Source of the DNA: the human T2T-CHM13v2.0 reference genome, Homo sapiens
Assembly: GCA_009914755.4 (NCBI GenBank)
Contig: CP086569.2
Span: forward strand, 11,072,001 to 11,136,000
Length of the DNA stretch: 64,000 bases
Direction of reading: 5' to 3'
The position numbers and the translations under genes are program-made. Every line of letters begins with the position of its first letter. Position 1 is the first letter of the stretch. Positions 33,700 through 48,610 of this stretch are shown in pieces. Below the pieces are notes generated by a model, which saw nothing but the letters and a program-made list of their open reading frames with translations, ran no database searches and was not told the DNA's origin.

Positions 33700-34750
33700 G
33701 TTCCATTCCATTCCTTTTGATTCCACTGCTTTCCCTTTCATGCCACTCCACTCCACTCCGATTCATTTCACTCCTTTCCACTCCATGCCACTCCATTCCT
33801 CTCCACTCCACTCCGCTACACTACACTCCACTACATTCCACTCCATTTCACTCTATTCCATTGCATTCCAATTCTTTCCACTCCATTTCACTCCCCTCCA
33901 GTACACACCACTCCACTCCATTCTATTCCACTTCTCTCCATTCCATTCCATTCCCTTCCATTCCATTCCACTGCACTCCGATCCACTCCACTCCACTCCA
34001 CTCTACTCCATTGCAGTCCATTACATGTGATTCCATTACACTCCATTCCACTTCTCTCCACTCCACTGCACTCTACTCCACTCCATTCCACTCCATCCCA
34101 TTCCATTCCACTCCATTCCACTGCACTCGTCTTCACCCAATATCTCTCCACCTCATTCCATTCCATTCCATTCCACTGCCCTCCACCACATTCCACTCCA
34201 CTTCACTCCACTCCACTCCACTCTACTCCAGCACACTCCATTCCATTCCATTCTATTCCATTCCATTCCATTCCATTTTATCCTATTCCATTCCTTTCCA
34301 ATCCATTCCATTCCATTCCTTTGCTTTCCATTCCATTCCATTCCATTAAATTCCTTTCCACTCTATTCTCTTCCATTCCACTCCATTCCATTCCACTCCT
34401 CTCCATTCTATTCCAGCCCATTGCACTCCTCTCTACTCCATTCCATTCCATTCCATTCCATTCCACTTCACTGCACTCCATTCCATTCCATTCCTTTCCA
34501 TTCCAGTCCATTCCCCTCTACTCCATTCCTTTCCAATCCATTCCTCTCGACTGCACTCCATTCCATTCCACTCCACTCCTTTCCATTCCATTCCACTCCA
34601 CTCCACTCTACTCCACTCCATTCCACTCCACTCCATTCCATTCTATTCCATTCGATTCCACTGAACTCCATTCCATTCCATTCCATTCCATTCCATTCCA
34701 TTCATTCCATTCATTCCATTCCATTCCTCTCCATTCCATTCCTTTCCATT
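33700..34750. repeat. HSat3 block paralogous to the 0.9-1.0 kb HOR units at 41.7-45.0 kb
   Basis: Artefactual peptides are shared with the later units, e.g. MECGGGQWNGMEWNEVERYWVKTSAVEWS… at 33888..34196(-) versus 42294, 43144 and 44140(-), and MIPLHSIPLLSTPLHSTPLHSTPSHS… at 34027(+) versus 42415, 43283 and 44276(+). Nucleotides 34290-34560 align with 41720-42000. Confidence 0.55.
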
Positions 34751-37700
34751 CCATTCCATTGCACTTCACTCCAATCCACTTCAATCAAATACAGTCTACT
34801 CCACTCCACCCCACTCTGTTCTGTTCAATTCCATTCCAGTCCGTTCCATTCAATTCCCTTCCATTACATTTCATTCTATTCCACTCCACTCCATTCCATT
34901 CTCCTCCATTCCACACCATTCCTCTCCACTCCACTGCACTCCACTTCACTAAATTCCACTCTACTCCACTCTATTCCATTCCACTCCACTCCAATCTATT
35001 CTACTCCATTACACTCCGATCCACTCCACTCCACTCCCCTCTGCTATACTCCAGTCCATTCCATTCTGTTCCATTCCATTCCATTCCACTACATTCCAAT
35101 GCACTCCACTCAGTTCTACTCCACTCCATTTCACAACATTCCACTCCATTCCACTCCACTCCACTCTACTCCACTCTCCTCTACTCCATTCCATTCCATT
35201 TACTACGTTCCATTTCATTTCTCTCCATTCCATTGCATTTCAATCCTTTCCATTCCATTCCATTCTTTTCCACTCAATTCCACTCCATTCCATACCACTC
35301 CACTCCATTCTTTTTCACTCCACTCCATTCTTTTTCACTCCACTCCATTCCACTCCATTCCATTCCATTCTACTTCATTGCATTCCAATCCGTGCCACTC
35401 CATTGCCTTCCACTCCATTCCCTGTACTGCATTCAACAGCTCTCCACTCTATGCAACTCTATTCCTTTCCATTCTACTCCATTCCTTTCCATTTCTTTAT
35501 TTCGACTGGATGTAATTCTGTCACTCAGACTGGAGTGCAGTGGCACAATCTCAGCTCACATTTCCTTTCAACATTGCACTCCATTAAATACCTTTGCATA
35601 CCACTGAACTCATTTCCACTCCACTCCACTCCATTCAATTCCAATCCACTGCACTAAAATCAAATCCACTCATCTCCACTTCTGTCCACCCAACTCCACT
35701 CCATTCCATTGCATTCCTTTCCATTGTGTTCCGTTTTGTTCCATTCCACTGCATTCTATTCCATTACACACCATTCCACTCTACTCCGTTTCACTCCATT
35801 CCATTCCATTTCACTCAAGTCCACTCCACTCCTCTTCACTCTGGTCCGTTACATTCCATTTGATTCGATTCGATTCCATTCGATTCCATTCAATTCCATT
35901 CCACTCCGATCAACTCCAATCAACTCGACTCCACTCCACTCCGTTCCATTCCATTCCATTCCATTCCACTGCACTCTAATCTACTCCTCTCAACTCCTTT
36001 CCTTTCAATTCCACTCCATTACATTTCATTCCACTCCACTCCTTTCTACGCCACTCCATTTCACTACATTCCTCTCCATTCTAATCTATTCCACTCCACT
36101 CATCTCCTTTCCATTCCATTCCATTTCATTCCATTCTTCTGCACTCCAATCCTCTCCACTCAACTCTTCTCCACTCCAAACCCTTTGATTCTGTTCCATT
36201 CCATTCTATTCTGTTCCATTGCATTCCATTCTAATCCTCCCCATTCCTTTCCACTCCTCTGCACTCCACTCCACTACCCTCCACCCCATTCCCTTCCATT
36301 CCTTTCTATTCCAGGACACTTCAGTCCAATCCACTCCACTCCACTCCACTCCATTCCGTTGCATTCCCTTTTGTAACGTTCCGTTCCATTCCATTAAACT
36401 CCATACCATTCCACTCCACTCCAGTCCACTCCACTGCATCCAAGTCAATTCAATTCCACTCAATTCTATTCCATTCCACTCTGTTCTATTTCATTCCATT
36501 CCACTCCATTCCACTACCTTCCAATCCACTCGATTCCCCTACTCTCCATTCCACTCCACTCAACTCCATTCCATTCCATTGTACTACATTTCCTTCCTTT
36601 CCATTCCACTCCGTTCCACTCCATTATCCTCCAGTCCATTCCACTTCATTCCTTTAGACACCATTCCACTCCATTCCACGCTATTCCATTCCACTATACT
36701 CCAATCCTTTCCATTCTACTCCATTCCATTCCGAAACTTTATTTCGACTGGATCTCACTCTGTCACTCAGACGGTAGTGCAGTAGCACAATCTTTGGTCA
36801 CATTTCATTTCACCATTCCATTCCATTCCATTCCATTCCATTCCATTCCATTCCATTCCATTCCATTCCAATCTACTCCACACCACTCCACTCTATTCCA
36901 CTACATTTCATTCCAATCTACTCCATTCCATTCCATTCCACTCCATTCCATTCCATAACTTTATTTCGACTGGCTCTCACTCTGTCACCCAGACTGGAAT
37001 GTAGTGGCACAATCTTAGCTCACTTTTCATTTCCCCTTTCCGTTACATTCCATTCCACTTCATTCCATTCCATTCCATTTCATGCCATTCCACTCCAATC
37101 TACTCCACTACAATCCACTCCACTTCACTCCATTCTGTTCCACTTCATTCCACTTCAATCCAGTCCACTCCATTCCATTCCACTCCAATCAACTGCATTG
37201 CTTTACACTCCACTCAATTCTATTCCACTCCATTCCATTCAATTTCACTCCAGTCCATTCTATTCTATTGCACTCTACTCAACTCCACTCCACTCCACAA
37301 CACTACACTCCATTCCATCCCATTTTGCTCCATTCCATTCCATTCCTTTATTTCGACTGGATCTCACTCTGTCACCAAGATCAGAGTGCAGTGGCAGAGT
37401 CTTAGCTCACATTTCATTCCACCATTCCACTCCACTCCACTCCATTCCATTCCACTCCACTCCATTCCATTCCACTCCACTCCATTCCATCCCATTCCAT
37501 TCCATTCCACTCCATTCCATTCCATTCCACTCAACTTCATTGTTTTTCACCCCACTCAATTCTATTCCACTCCATTCCATTCCATTTCACTCCAGTCCAT
37601 TCGATTCCATTCCATTCCACTCCACTCCATGCTATTCCATTTGGCACCATTCTATTCCTTTCCAATGCACTGCACTCCAATTCACTCCACACCATGCTAC

Positions 37701-38564
37701 TCCATTCCATTCCACTCCACTCCACTCCACTACAATCCATTCCCTTCCATTCCAGTCCACTCCATTCCATTCCTTTCCATTCCATTCCATTCTGTTCCAC
37801 TCCATTCCTTTCCGTTCCATTCCATTCTATTCCATTGCATTGCATTGAATTCCATTGCATTCCATTCCTTTGAATTCCACTGCACTCTGATCCACTTCAG
37901 TCAACTCCCTTCCATTCCTCTCCACTCCATTCATCTCCACTCTTTCCACTCCACTCCACCCCATTCCACTCCATTCTATTCAACTCCACTCCTTTTCATT
38001 CTATTCTACTCCATTCCATTGCAATCCTTTATTTTGAGTGGATCTCACTCTGTCACCAGGACTGGAGTGAAGTGGTACTATTTTAGCTCACATTTCATTT
38101 CACCATTCCATTCCATTCCACTCCATTCCACTCCACTCCACTCCACTCCGTTCCACTCCTCTCCATTTCATTCCACTCATCTCCATTCCATTCCACTCCA
38201 CTCCACTCCGTTCCTCTCCACTCCATTCCATTTCATTCCATACCATTCCATTCATATCCACTCCATTCCATTCCACTCCAATCATCTCCATTTCTTTTCA
38301 TTCCACTCAATTGTATTCCACTCCATTCTATTCCATTTCACTCCAGTCCATTTCATTCCTCTCCACTCCATTCTATTCCATTTGACACCGTTCCATTCCA
38401 TACCACTCCACTGCTCTCCAATTCACTCCAAACTATGCCACTCCATTCCATTCCACTCCACTCCACTACACTGCAATCCGTTCTCTTCCATTCCACTCTA
38501 TTGCATTCCATTCCATTTCATTACATTCCATTCCTGTACATTGCATTCCATTCCATTCCTTTCA

Positions 38565-39065
38565 GTTCCACTGCACTCTGATCCACTTCAGTCAACTCCT
38601 CCCCACTCCACTCCATTCAACTCCACTCCTTTCCACTCCACTCCATTCCATTCCACTCCACTCCCATACATTACAATCCATTCCCTTCCATTCCACTCCA
38701 ATCAATTCCATTCCATTCCATTCCATTCCATTCCATTCCATTCCATGCCATGCCATGCCATGCCATTCCATTCCATTCCATTCCATTCCATTCCATTCAA
38801 ATCCTTTCAATTCCACTGCAGTCTGATCCACTTCAGTCAACTCCTCCCCACTCCACTCCATTCAACTCCACTCCTTTCCACTCCACTCCATTCCATTCCA
38901 CTCCACTCCCATACATTACAATCCATTCCCTTCCATTCCACTCCAATCAATTCCATTCCATTCCATTCCATTCCATTCCATTCCATTCCATGCCATGCCA
39001 TGCCATGCCATTCCATTCCATTCCATTCCATTCCATTCCATTCCATTCCATTCCATTCAAATCCT
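38565..39065. repeat. 245-bp tandem duplication within HSat3 containing a (CATGC)4 run
   Basis: caattccactgcagtctgatccacttcagtcaactcctccccactcc…ccatgccatgccatgccatgccattcc occurs at about 38570 and again at about 38815. Peptides at 38592..38861(-) and 38837..39181(-) are identical. Confidence 0.7.
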
Positions 39066-41029
39066 TTCAATTCCACTGCAGTCTGATCCACTTCAGTCAA
39101 CTCAACTCCATTCCATTCAACTCCACTCCTTTCCAATCCACTCCAATCCATTCCACCCCACTTCACCCAATTCCACTCCATTCCATTCCACTCCCCTACT
39201 TTTCATTCTATGCTACTCCATTCCATTCCTTTCATTTATTTCGACTGGATCTCACTCTGTCACACAGACTAGAGTGCAGTGGCACAATCTTAGATCACAT
39301 TTCATTTCACCATTCCATTGCATTCCTTTCCACTCCACTCAATTCCATTCCATTCCAGTCCTTTCCACTCCACTCAACTCTACTCCAGTCCACTCCTTTC
39401 CATTCTGCTCCATTCCGTTCTGTTCCATTCCACTCCATTCCTTTCTATTCCGTTCCCTTCCATTATATTCCATTCCATTAAATTCCATTCCATTCCATTC
39501 CATTCCATTCCATTCCATTCCATTCCATTCCATTCCATTCCACTGCAATCCAATCCACTTCACTCAACTCCACTTCACTCCAGTCCACTCGGTTATCATC
39601 CATTCCATTCCATTCCATTCCACTGCATTCCATTCCATTCCATTTCATTCCACTGCATTCCATTCCATTGCTTTCCTCGAAAATATCTCACTCTGTCACC
39701 CAGCCTGGAGTGCTGTGGCACAATGTCAGCTTTCATTTCACTTCGCCTGTCCATTCAAATCCATTCTATTCTCTTCCATTCCATTCCACTCCACTAGACT
39801 CCACTCCAGTCAATTCCACTCCACTCCACTTCAATCCATTCCAGTACACTCCACTCATTTCCTTCCAATCCAATTCCATTGCACTCCTTCCCACTCCACT
39901 GCACTCCACTCCATTCCATTCCATTCCATTGCAATCCACTGCACTCCACTCCACTCAAATCCATTTTACTCATTACATTTCTGTTCCCCTCCATTCCATT
40001 CCATTCCACTCCATTCCACTCTACTCCATTGCAGTCTACTCCATTCCACTCCACTCCATTCCACTCCACTCCACTCCAATCCAGTACATTCCTTTCCACT
40101 TTACTTCATTCCACTACACTGCACTCCATTCCACACCACTCCACTCCATTCCATTCCTGTCTATTCCACTCCATTGCAGTTCAATCCCCTCCATTGTATT
40201 CCACGACACTCCGTTCCACTCCACTCCACTCCTTTCCACTCCACTCCACTCCATTTCATTCCATTCCATTCCACCCCACTACACTCGAAACAACTATACT
40301 CCTTTCCATTGCATTCCATTCCATTCCATTCCATTCCATTCCATTCCATTGCATTCCATTCCACTCCACATCACTCCACTCCACTCCACTCCATTCCACT
40401 TCACTCCACTGTACTCCACTCCACTTCACCCCACAACACTCCATTCCATTTCACTCCACTCCACTTCATTCCACTCCACTCTATTCCATTCCACTCCAAT
40501 CTATTCCATTCCATTCCATTCCATTCAAACCCGTTCCATTCCACTGCACTCCATTCCATACCACTCCACTCCACTCCATTACACCCCATTCCATTCCGTT
40601 CCACTCCAATTCAGTCCACTCCTCTCCACTCTCCTGCCTTCCACTCCATTCCATTCCACTACATTCAATTTCATTCATTTCTTTACACAAGATCTCTCTC
40701 TGTCACAAAGGCTGGAGTGCAGTGGCACAATATCAGCTCAGTTTACTTTTCACTATTCCTTTGCATTCCATTCCATCCCATTTCATTCCACACTTTCTCA
40801 CTCCATTCCACTCCACTCCATTTCAATACATCCCAGTCCATTCGACTCCATTCCACTCCACTCCTTTCCACTCTTTTCCACTCCACTTCACTCCATTCCA
40901 ATCCATTCCATTCCATTCCATTCCACTCCATTTCATTCCATTCCATTCCATTCCATTCCATTCCATTCCATTCCATTCCATTCCATTCCATTCCATTTCT
41001 CATCATTGAATTCCATTCCTTTCTTTCGA

Positions 41030-41175
41030 CACGATATCACTGTGTCACCCAGGCTAAAGTGCAGTGGCATAATCTCAGCTCACATTACATGACAACTTTC
41101 CATTGCATTGCCTTCTATTCTATTACATCACATTATATTGCATAGCTTTGCATTGCGTTGCATTGCATTGCATTC
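41030..41175. repeat. Composite sub-repeat: Alu remnant followed by a (GCATT)-rich segment of about 90 bp (subfamily marker), copy 1
   Basis: …aggctaaagtgcagtggcataatctcagctcacattacatgacaactttccattgcattgccttc…ttgcattgcgttgcattgcattgcattcc. Confidence 0.6.
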
Positions 41176-41699
41176 CATACCATTCCATTCCATTCCATAC
41201 CATTCCATTGCATTCCACTCCATTCTATTCCATTCCAATCCACTCCTATTCACTCCACTCCACTCCAATCCAATCCAATCCATTCCATTCCATTAAAATC
41301 TACTCCATTCACCTCAATTCCACTAAACTCTACTCCACTCTTCTCCACTCTACTCCACTCCAATCCATTCCATTCCATTCCATTCCACTCCATTCTCCTC
41401 CATTACACTCCATTATACTCCATTCCATTCAACTTCACTCCACTCCACTCCACTCCACCTCATTCCATTCCCGTTCACTACACTTCACTCAATTCCACTC
41501 CATTCCCCTCCAATCCATTCCATTCCAATCCACTCCACACGACTCCACTCCACTCCATTCCATTGGATTCTATTCCACTCCGCTCCACACAATTTCATCC
41601 CATTCCACTCCATTCATTTCCACTCCACTCCACCTCACTCTAGTCCACCCCACTCCAATCCACTGCATTCCATTCCATTCCAGTGCAATCCACTCCACT

Positions 41700-44600
41700 C
41701 AAATCAATCCCACTCCTCTTCTCTACTCCCTTCCATTTCATTCCATTCCATTCCATTCCATTCCTTTGCTTTCCATTCCATTCCATTCCATTAAATTCCT
41801 TTCCACTCTATTCCCTTCCATTCCACTCCATTCCATTCCACTCCTCTCCATTCCATTCCAGCCCATTGCACTCCTCTCTACTCCAGTCCATTCCATTCCA
41901 TTCCACTTCACTGCACTCCATTCCATTCCATTCCTTTCCATTCCAGTCCATTCCCCTGTACTCCATTCCTTTCCAATCCATTCCTCTCGACTGCACTCCA
42001 TTCCCTTCCCTTCCATTCCCTTCCTTTCCATTCCATTCCATTCTATTCCTTTCCACTCCACTGCACTACACTCCATTCCTTTCCATTTCACTCCAATCCA
42101 ATCCACTCCATTCCACTACACTTTTCTTATTTCCTTTCCACTTCCTCCATTCTATTCCTCTCCATTCCATTCCATTCCATTCCATTCCATTCCATTCCAT
42201 TCCATTCCATTCTCTCCACTCTATTACATTCCACTCCACTACATTTCATTCCATTTCACTCCACTCCCCTCCACTCCATTAACCTAAACCCCACTACTCT
42301 CCACTCCATTCTTTTCCACTTCTCTCCATTCCATTCCATTCTCTTCCATTCCATTCCACTGCACTCCGATCCACTCCACTCCACTCCACTCTACTCCATT
42401 GCATTCCGTTACATGTGATTCCATTCCACTCCATTCCACTTCTCTCCACTCCACTGCACTCTACTCCACTCCATTCCACTTCATCCCATTCCATTCTACT
42501 CCATTCCACTGCACTCGTCTTCACCCAATATCTCTCCACCTCATTGCATTCCATTCCATTCCACTGCCCTCCACCCTATTCCACTCCACTTCAGTCCACT
42601 CCACTCCACTCTACTCCAGTACACTCCATTCTATTCCATTCCATTCCTTTCTATCCTATTCCATTCCTTTCTAATCCATTCCATTCCATTCATTTGCTTT
42701 CCGTTCCATTCCATTCCATTAAATTCGTTTCCACTCTATTCCATTCCATTCCACTCCTCTCCATCCCATTCCAGCCCATTGCTCTCCTCTCTACTCCATT
42801 CCATTCCATTCCATTCCATTCCATTCCATTCCATTCCATTACATTCCACTCCACTGCACTCCATTCCATTCCCTTCCATTCCCTTCCATTCCATTCCATT
42901 CCGTTCCATTCAATTCCATTCTATTCCTTTCCACTCCACTGCACTACACTCCATTCCATTCCATTTCACTCCCACCCAATCCACTCCATTCCACTACACT
43001 TCTCTTATTTCCTTTCCATTTCCTCCATTATATTCCTCTCCATTCCATTCCGTTCCATTCCATTGAATTCCATTCCATTCCATTCCACTCCGTTCCATTC
43101 TCTCCACTCTATCACATTCCACTCCACTACATTCCATTTCATTTCACTCCACTCCCTGCCACTCCATTAACCTAAACCCCACGACTCTCAACTCCATTCT
43201 ATTCCACTCCATTCCATTCCATTCCATTCCATTCCACTGCACTCCGATCCACTCCACTCTACTCCATTGCATTCCGTTATATGTGATTCCATTCCACTCC
43301 ATTCCACTTCTCTCCACTCCACTGCACTCTACTCCACTCCATTCCACTCTATCCCATTCCATTCTACTCCATTCCACTGCACTCGTCTTCACCCAATATC
43401 TCTCCACTTCATTCCATTCCATTCGATTCCACTGCCCTCCACCCCATTCCACTCCACTTCACTCCACTCCACTCCACTCTACTCCAGTACACTCCATTCC
43501 CTTCCATTCCATTCCATTCCATTCCATTCAATTCTATCCTATTCCATTCCTTTCTAATCCATTCCATTCCTTTGTATTCCATTCCATTAAATTCCTTTCC
43601 ACTCTATTCCATTCCATTCCACTCTGTTCCATTCCACTCCTCTCCATTCCATTCCAGCCCATTGCACTCCTCTCTACTCCAGTCAATTCCATTCCATTCC
43701 ACTGCACTGCACTCCATTCCATTCCATTCCATTCCATTCCATTCCATTCCATTCCATTCCTTTCCATTCCAGTCCATTCCCCTCTACACCATTCCTTTCC
43801 AATCCATTCCTCTTGACTGCACTCCATTCCATTCCCTTCCATTCCCTTCCATTCCATTCCATTCCATTCCATTCCATTCCATTCCATTCCATTCCATACC
43901 ATTCTGTTCCTTTCCACTCCACTGCACTACACTCCATTCCATACCATTCCACTCCCATCCAATCCACTCCATTCCACTACACTTCTCTTATTTCCTTTCC
44001 ACTTCCTCCATTCTATTCCTCTCCACTCCATTCCATTGCATTCCAATCCATTCCACTCCATTCCATTCTCTCCACTCTATTACATTCCACTCCACTACAT
44101 TCCATTCCATTTCTCTCCACTCCCCTGCACTCCATTAACCTAAACCCCACGACCCTCCACTCCATTCTGTTCCACTTCTCTCCATTCCATTCCATTCCAT
44201 TCTCTTCCATTCCATTCCACTGCACTCCGATCCACTCCACTCCACTCCACTCTACTCCATTGCATTCCGTTACATGTGATTCCATTCCACTCCATTCCAC
44301 TTCTCTCTACTCCACTGCACTCTACTCCACTCCATTCCACTCTAACCCATTCCATTCTACTCCATTCTACTGCACTCGTCTTCACCCAATATCTCTCCAC
44401 CTCATTCCATTCCAATCCATTCCACTGCCCTCCACCCCATTCCATTCCACTCCACTTCACTCCACTGCACTCCACTCTACTCCAGTACTCTCCATTCCGT
44501 TCCATTCCATTCCATTCCATTTTATCCTATTCCATTCCTTTCCAATCCATTCCATTCCATTCCTTTGCTTTCCATTCCATTCCATTCCATTAAATGCCTT

Positions 44601-45035
44601 AACACTCTATTCCATTCCATTGCACTCCATTCCATTCCACTCCTCTCCATTCCATTCCAGCCCATTGCACTCCTCTTTACTCCAGTCTATTCCATTCCAT
44701 TCCATTTCACTCCTCTGCACTCCATTCCATTCCATTCCATTCCAGTCCATTCCCCTCTACTCCATTCCTTTCCAATCCATTCCTCTCGACTGCACTCCAT
44801 TCCATTCCCTTCCATTCCATTCCATTCCATTCCATTCCATTCCATTCCATTCCATACCATTCTATTCCTTTCCACTCCACTGCACTACACTCCATTCCTT
44901 TCCATTTCACTCCCATCCAATCCACTCCATTCCACTACACTTCTGTTATTTCCTTTCCACTTCCTCCATTCTATTCCTCTCCATTCCATTCCATTCCATT
45001 CCATTCCATTCCATTCCATTCCATTCCTTCCTCGA
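41700..45035. repeat. HSat3 higher-order repeat, unit about 0.87-1.0 kb, 4 tandem units (first partial)
   Basis: The unit-boundary motif ccactccattaacctaaaccccac(t/g)ac(t/c)ctc recurs at about 42285, 43170 and 44143. Long blocks are shared between units, and the run ends at the Alu remnant near 45035. Confidence 0.7.
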
Positions 45036-45730
45036 GAGTATCTCACTCTGTCACCCAGCCTGGATTGCCGTGACACAATATCAGCTCTCATTTCATTTCA
45101 CCATTCCATTACATTCTATTCCACTCCACTAGACTCCACTCCATTCCATTCCACTCCACTCCACTTCATTGCATTCCAGTCCATTCCACTCATTTCCTTT
45201 CCTTCGAATTCCATTGCACTCCTTTCCTCTCCACTGCACTCCACTGCACTGCACTCCATTCCATTCTGTTCCACTCCATTGCATTCCATTCCAGTCTTCT
45301 CCACTCCACTCAACTCCATTCCACTAATTTCCTTTCTGTTCCACTCCATTCCATTCTATGCCATTCCACTCTACTCCATTGCAGTCTACTGCATTCCACT
45401 CCACTCTACTCCTTTCCACTCCTCTTCAGTCCACTCCAGTCCACTCCATTCAAATACTCTCTACTCCTATCCATTCCACTCCACTTCAGACCGCTCCCCT
45501 CCATTCCATTTCCCTGCCCTCCGATCCACTCCACACAACTCCACTCCACTCCGCTCCACTCTGTTCCATTCCATTCGGTTTGTTTTGTTCTGTTCCTTTC
45601 CACTCCAATCCACTCCATTTCACTGTACTCAACTACATTCCATTACATCTGATTCCATTTCACTACATTCCAGTCCTTTCCATTTCACTACACTCCATTC
45701 CATACCATACCACTGCATTCCATTCCAATA

Positions 45731-45833
45731 TTTTCTTTTGGCAGGATTTCCCTGTGTCACCAAGGCTGGATTGCAGTGGCACAGTCACCAAGGCTGGATT
45801 GCAGTGGCACAATCTCAGCTCACATTTCATTTC
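45731..45833 (-). mobile_element. Alu 3'-terminal remnant with an internal 27-bp tandem duplication
   Basis: tcaccaaggctggattgcagtggcaca occurs twice in tandem, followed by atctcagctcac. Confidence 0.6.
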
Positions 45834-46684
45834 ACCATTCCATTAGCCTCCATTCCATTACATTCCACTCCACTCCTCTCCATTCCTCTCCACTCCACTC
45901 AATTCCATTCCATTCCTTTATTTCGATTGGATTTCACACTATCACCCTGACTGCAGTGCAATAGCACAATCTTAGCACATATTTTATTTCACCATTGCAT
46001 TCCATTCCATTCCACTCCATTCCATTCCATTCAACTCCATTCCATTCCATTCCGTTCCTCTCCATTCCATTCCATTCCATTCCACTCCATTCCATTCCAT
46101 TCCATTCCATTCCATTCCATTCCATTCCATTCCACTGCATTGCACTCAGCTCCACTCAATTCCACTCCACTCCAATCCATTCCTTACCATTCCATTTAAA
46201 TCCCTTCCATTCCACTCCTTTCTTTCAACACATTGTCCCTGTCACACAGGTTGTAGCGCAGTGGCACAAACTCAGCACACTTCACTTTTCTCCATATCAT
46301 TCCTTTCCACTCCACTCCCCTCCTCTCCTTTCCACTCCACTCCATTCCACTCCACTCCACTCCAATCCATTTCATTCCATCCCATTCCATTCCACTCCTT
46401 TCAAATCCACTCCACTCCATTCCATTTTATTCCACTGTATTCTATTCCTTGATTTTCTTTCTACAGGATCGCAATCTGTCACACAGGCTGGAGTGCAGTG
46501 GCACAATCTCAACCCACATTTTGTTTCACCCTTCCATTAAATTCCATTCCATTCCATTCCATTCCATTCCATTCCATTCCATTCCATTCCATTCCATTCC
46601 ATTCCCCTCCATTCCATTCCCTTCCACTCCACTCCAATGCACTCCACTCCACTCCACTCTAATGAATTCAATTCTTCTTCATTC

Positions 46685-46752
46685 AATTGCATTCTTTTTT
46701 TTTTTTGGACTGGATATCACGCTCTCACCAAGACAGGAGTGCAGTGGCACAA
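46685..46752 (-). mobile_element. Alu 3'-terminal remnant retaining a 13-nt poly-T (reverse complement of the Alu poly-A tail)
   Basis: tttttttttttttggactggatatcacgctctcaccaagacaggagtgcagtggcacaatctaagcttac. The poly-T plus the GAGACGGAGTCTCGCTCTGTCGCCCAGGCTGGAGTGCAGTGGC homology together make Alu origin clear. Confidence 0.7.
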
Positions 46753-48469
46753 TCTAAGCTTACATTACATTTCACCATTCCATTCCATTTCATTCCATTC
46801 CATTCCATTCCATAGCATTCAATTACACACTACTCCGTCCATCCCATTCCACTCCACTCCATTCCATTCCACTCCACTCCCCTCCAATCCATTCCACTCT
46901 ACTCCAATCAATTCCAATCCACTCCACTCCATTCCACTACACTCCATTCTATTCAATTCTTTTTCATGCTATTCCATTCAACTGCTTTGCATTTCATTCC
47001 ACTCCACTGAACTCCACTTCATTCCATTCCACTTCTCTCTACCCCACAGCACTCCATTCCCTTCCACTCCACTGCACTCCACCCCACTCCACTCTGATCT
47101 GCTCCATTCCATTCCACTCCACTGCATTCCATCCCACACTTCAGTCCCCTCCATTCCATTGCATTCCGTTCCATTCTTTTCCATTCCATTCCTCTCCTCT
47201 CCTTTTCATTCAATTCCACTTCACTCTACTCAACTCTATTCCATTCCATTCTTCTCCAATCCATTACTTTCCACTCCATTCCATTCCATTCCACTCCACT
47301 CCACTCCACTCCACTCCATTCCACTCCACTCCACTCCATTCTATTACAATCCACTCCATTATATTCCATTCCACTAGACTCCACACCACTCCAGTCCCCT
47401 CCAATCTACCTCACGGCACTGCATTCCATTCCATTAAATTCCACTCCTTTACATCCCATTCCTTTCCTTCAACAGAATCTCATTCTGCAACCAGGCTGGA
47501 GTGCAGTGGCAAAATCTCAGCTCATATTTCATTTATCATTCCATTCTATTCCATTCCATTTTTATCCATTCTATTCCCGTCTACTACATTCCATTCCACT
47601 CCACTCCACTCCATTCCACTCAATTTCATTCCATTCCATTCCATTCCATTCCATTCCATTCCATTCCACTCTACTGCACTCCTCTCCACCACACTCCTAT
47701 CCACTGCATTCCATTCCATTAAATTGCATTCCAGGCATTTCATTCCACTCCACTCCACTAAACTCCAATACGTTCCATTCTTCACCAGTCTACTCGATTT
47801 CACTCCATTCCACTCCACCCCAGTCCATTCCACTCCATTCCACAACACTCCAGTACATTCCTTTCCACTCCACTCCATTCTCTTCCATTCCATTCCATTC
47901 AATTTCTCTTCATTTCATTCCATTCCCCTCTATTCCATTCAACTTCACTCCATTAGATTCCAGTCAACTCCATTCCACTCCACTCCACTCCATTCCATTC
48001 CATTCCATTCTATTCTATTCCATTCTATTCCATTCCACTCCACTCCACTCCTTTCCGTTACAATACATTCCACTCCATTCCACTCTACTCCACTCCACTG
48101 AACTCCATTCCATTGCATTCCACTCCATTTTATTCCATTACATTCCACTCCACTCCACACCACTCCACTCCATTCCACTCCATTCCACTCCATTCCTTTC
48201 CATTCCACTCCACTCTACTCCACTCCTCTTCACTATGCTCCATTCCATTGCATTCCAATCCACTCCATTCCACTCCACTCCCTTCCTTTCCATTGCACTA
48301 CACCCAATTCCACTCCACTCCACTCCATTCCCCTTCAGTCCAGTCCACTCCACCCCATGCCACTCCTCTGTAGTGCATTCCACTCCACTGCACTCCACTC
48401 TACTCCAATCCACTCCATTACATTCCATTCCGTTTGATTTCACTCCACTGCATTCCATTCCTTTCTTTC

Positions 48470-48610
48470 AACAAGATATCATTGTATCACCCAGACTGGA
48501 GTGCAGTGGCACAGTCTCAACTGACATTACATGTCCTCTTTCTTTTGCATTGCATTCTATTCCATTGCCTTGCATTGCATTGCATTGCGTTGCATTCCAG
48601 AGCATTGTAT
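48470..48610. repeat. Composite Alu-remnant + (GCATT)n segment, copy 2
   Basis: Same architecture: …cagactggagtgcagtggcacagtctcaactgacattacatgtcctctttcttttgcattgcattctattccattgccttgcattgcattgcattgcgttgcattcc. Confidence 0.6.
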
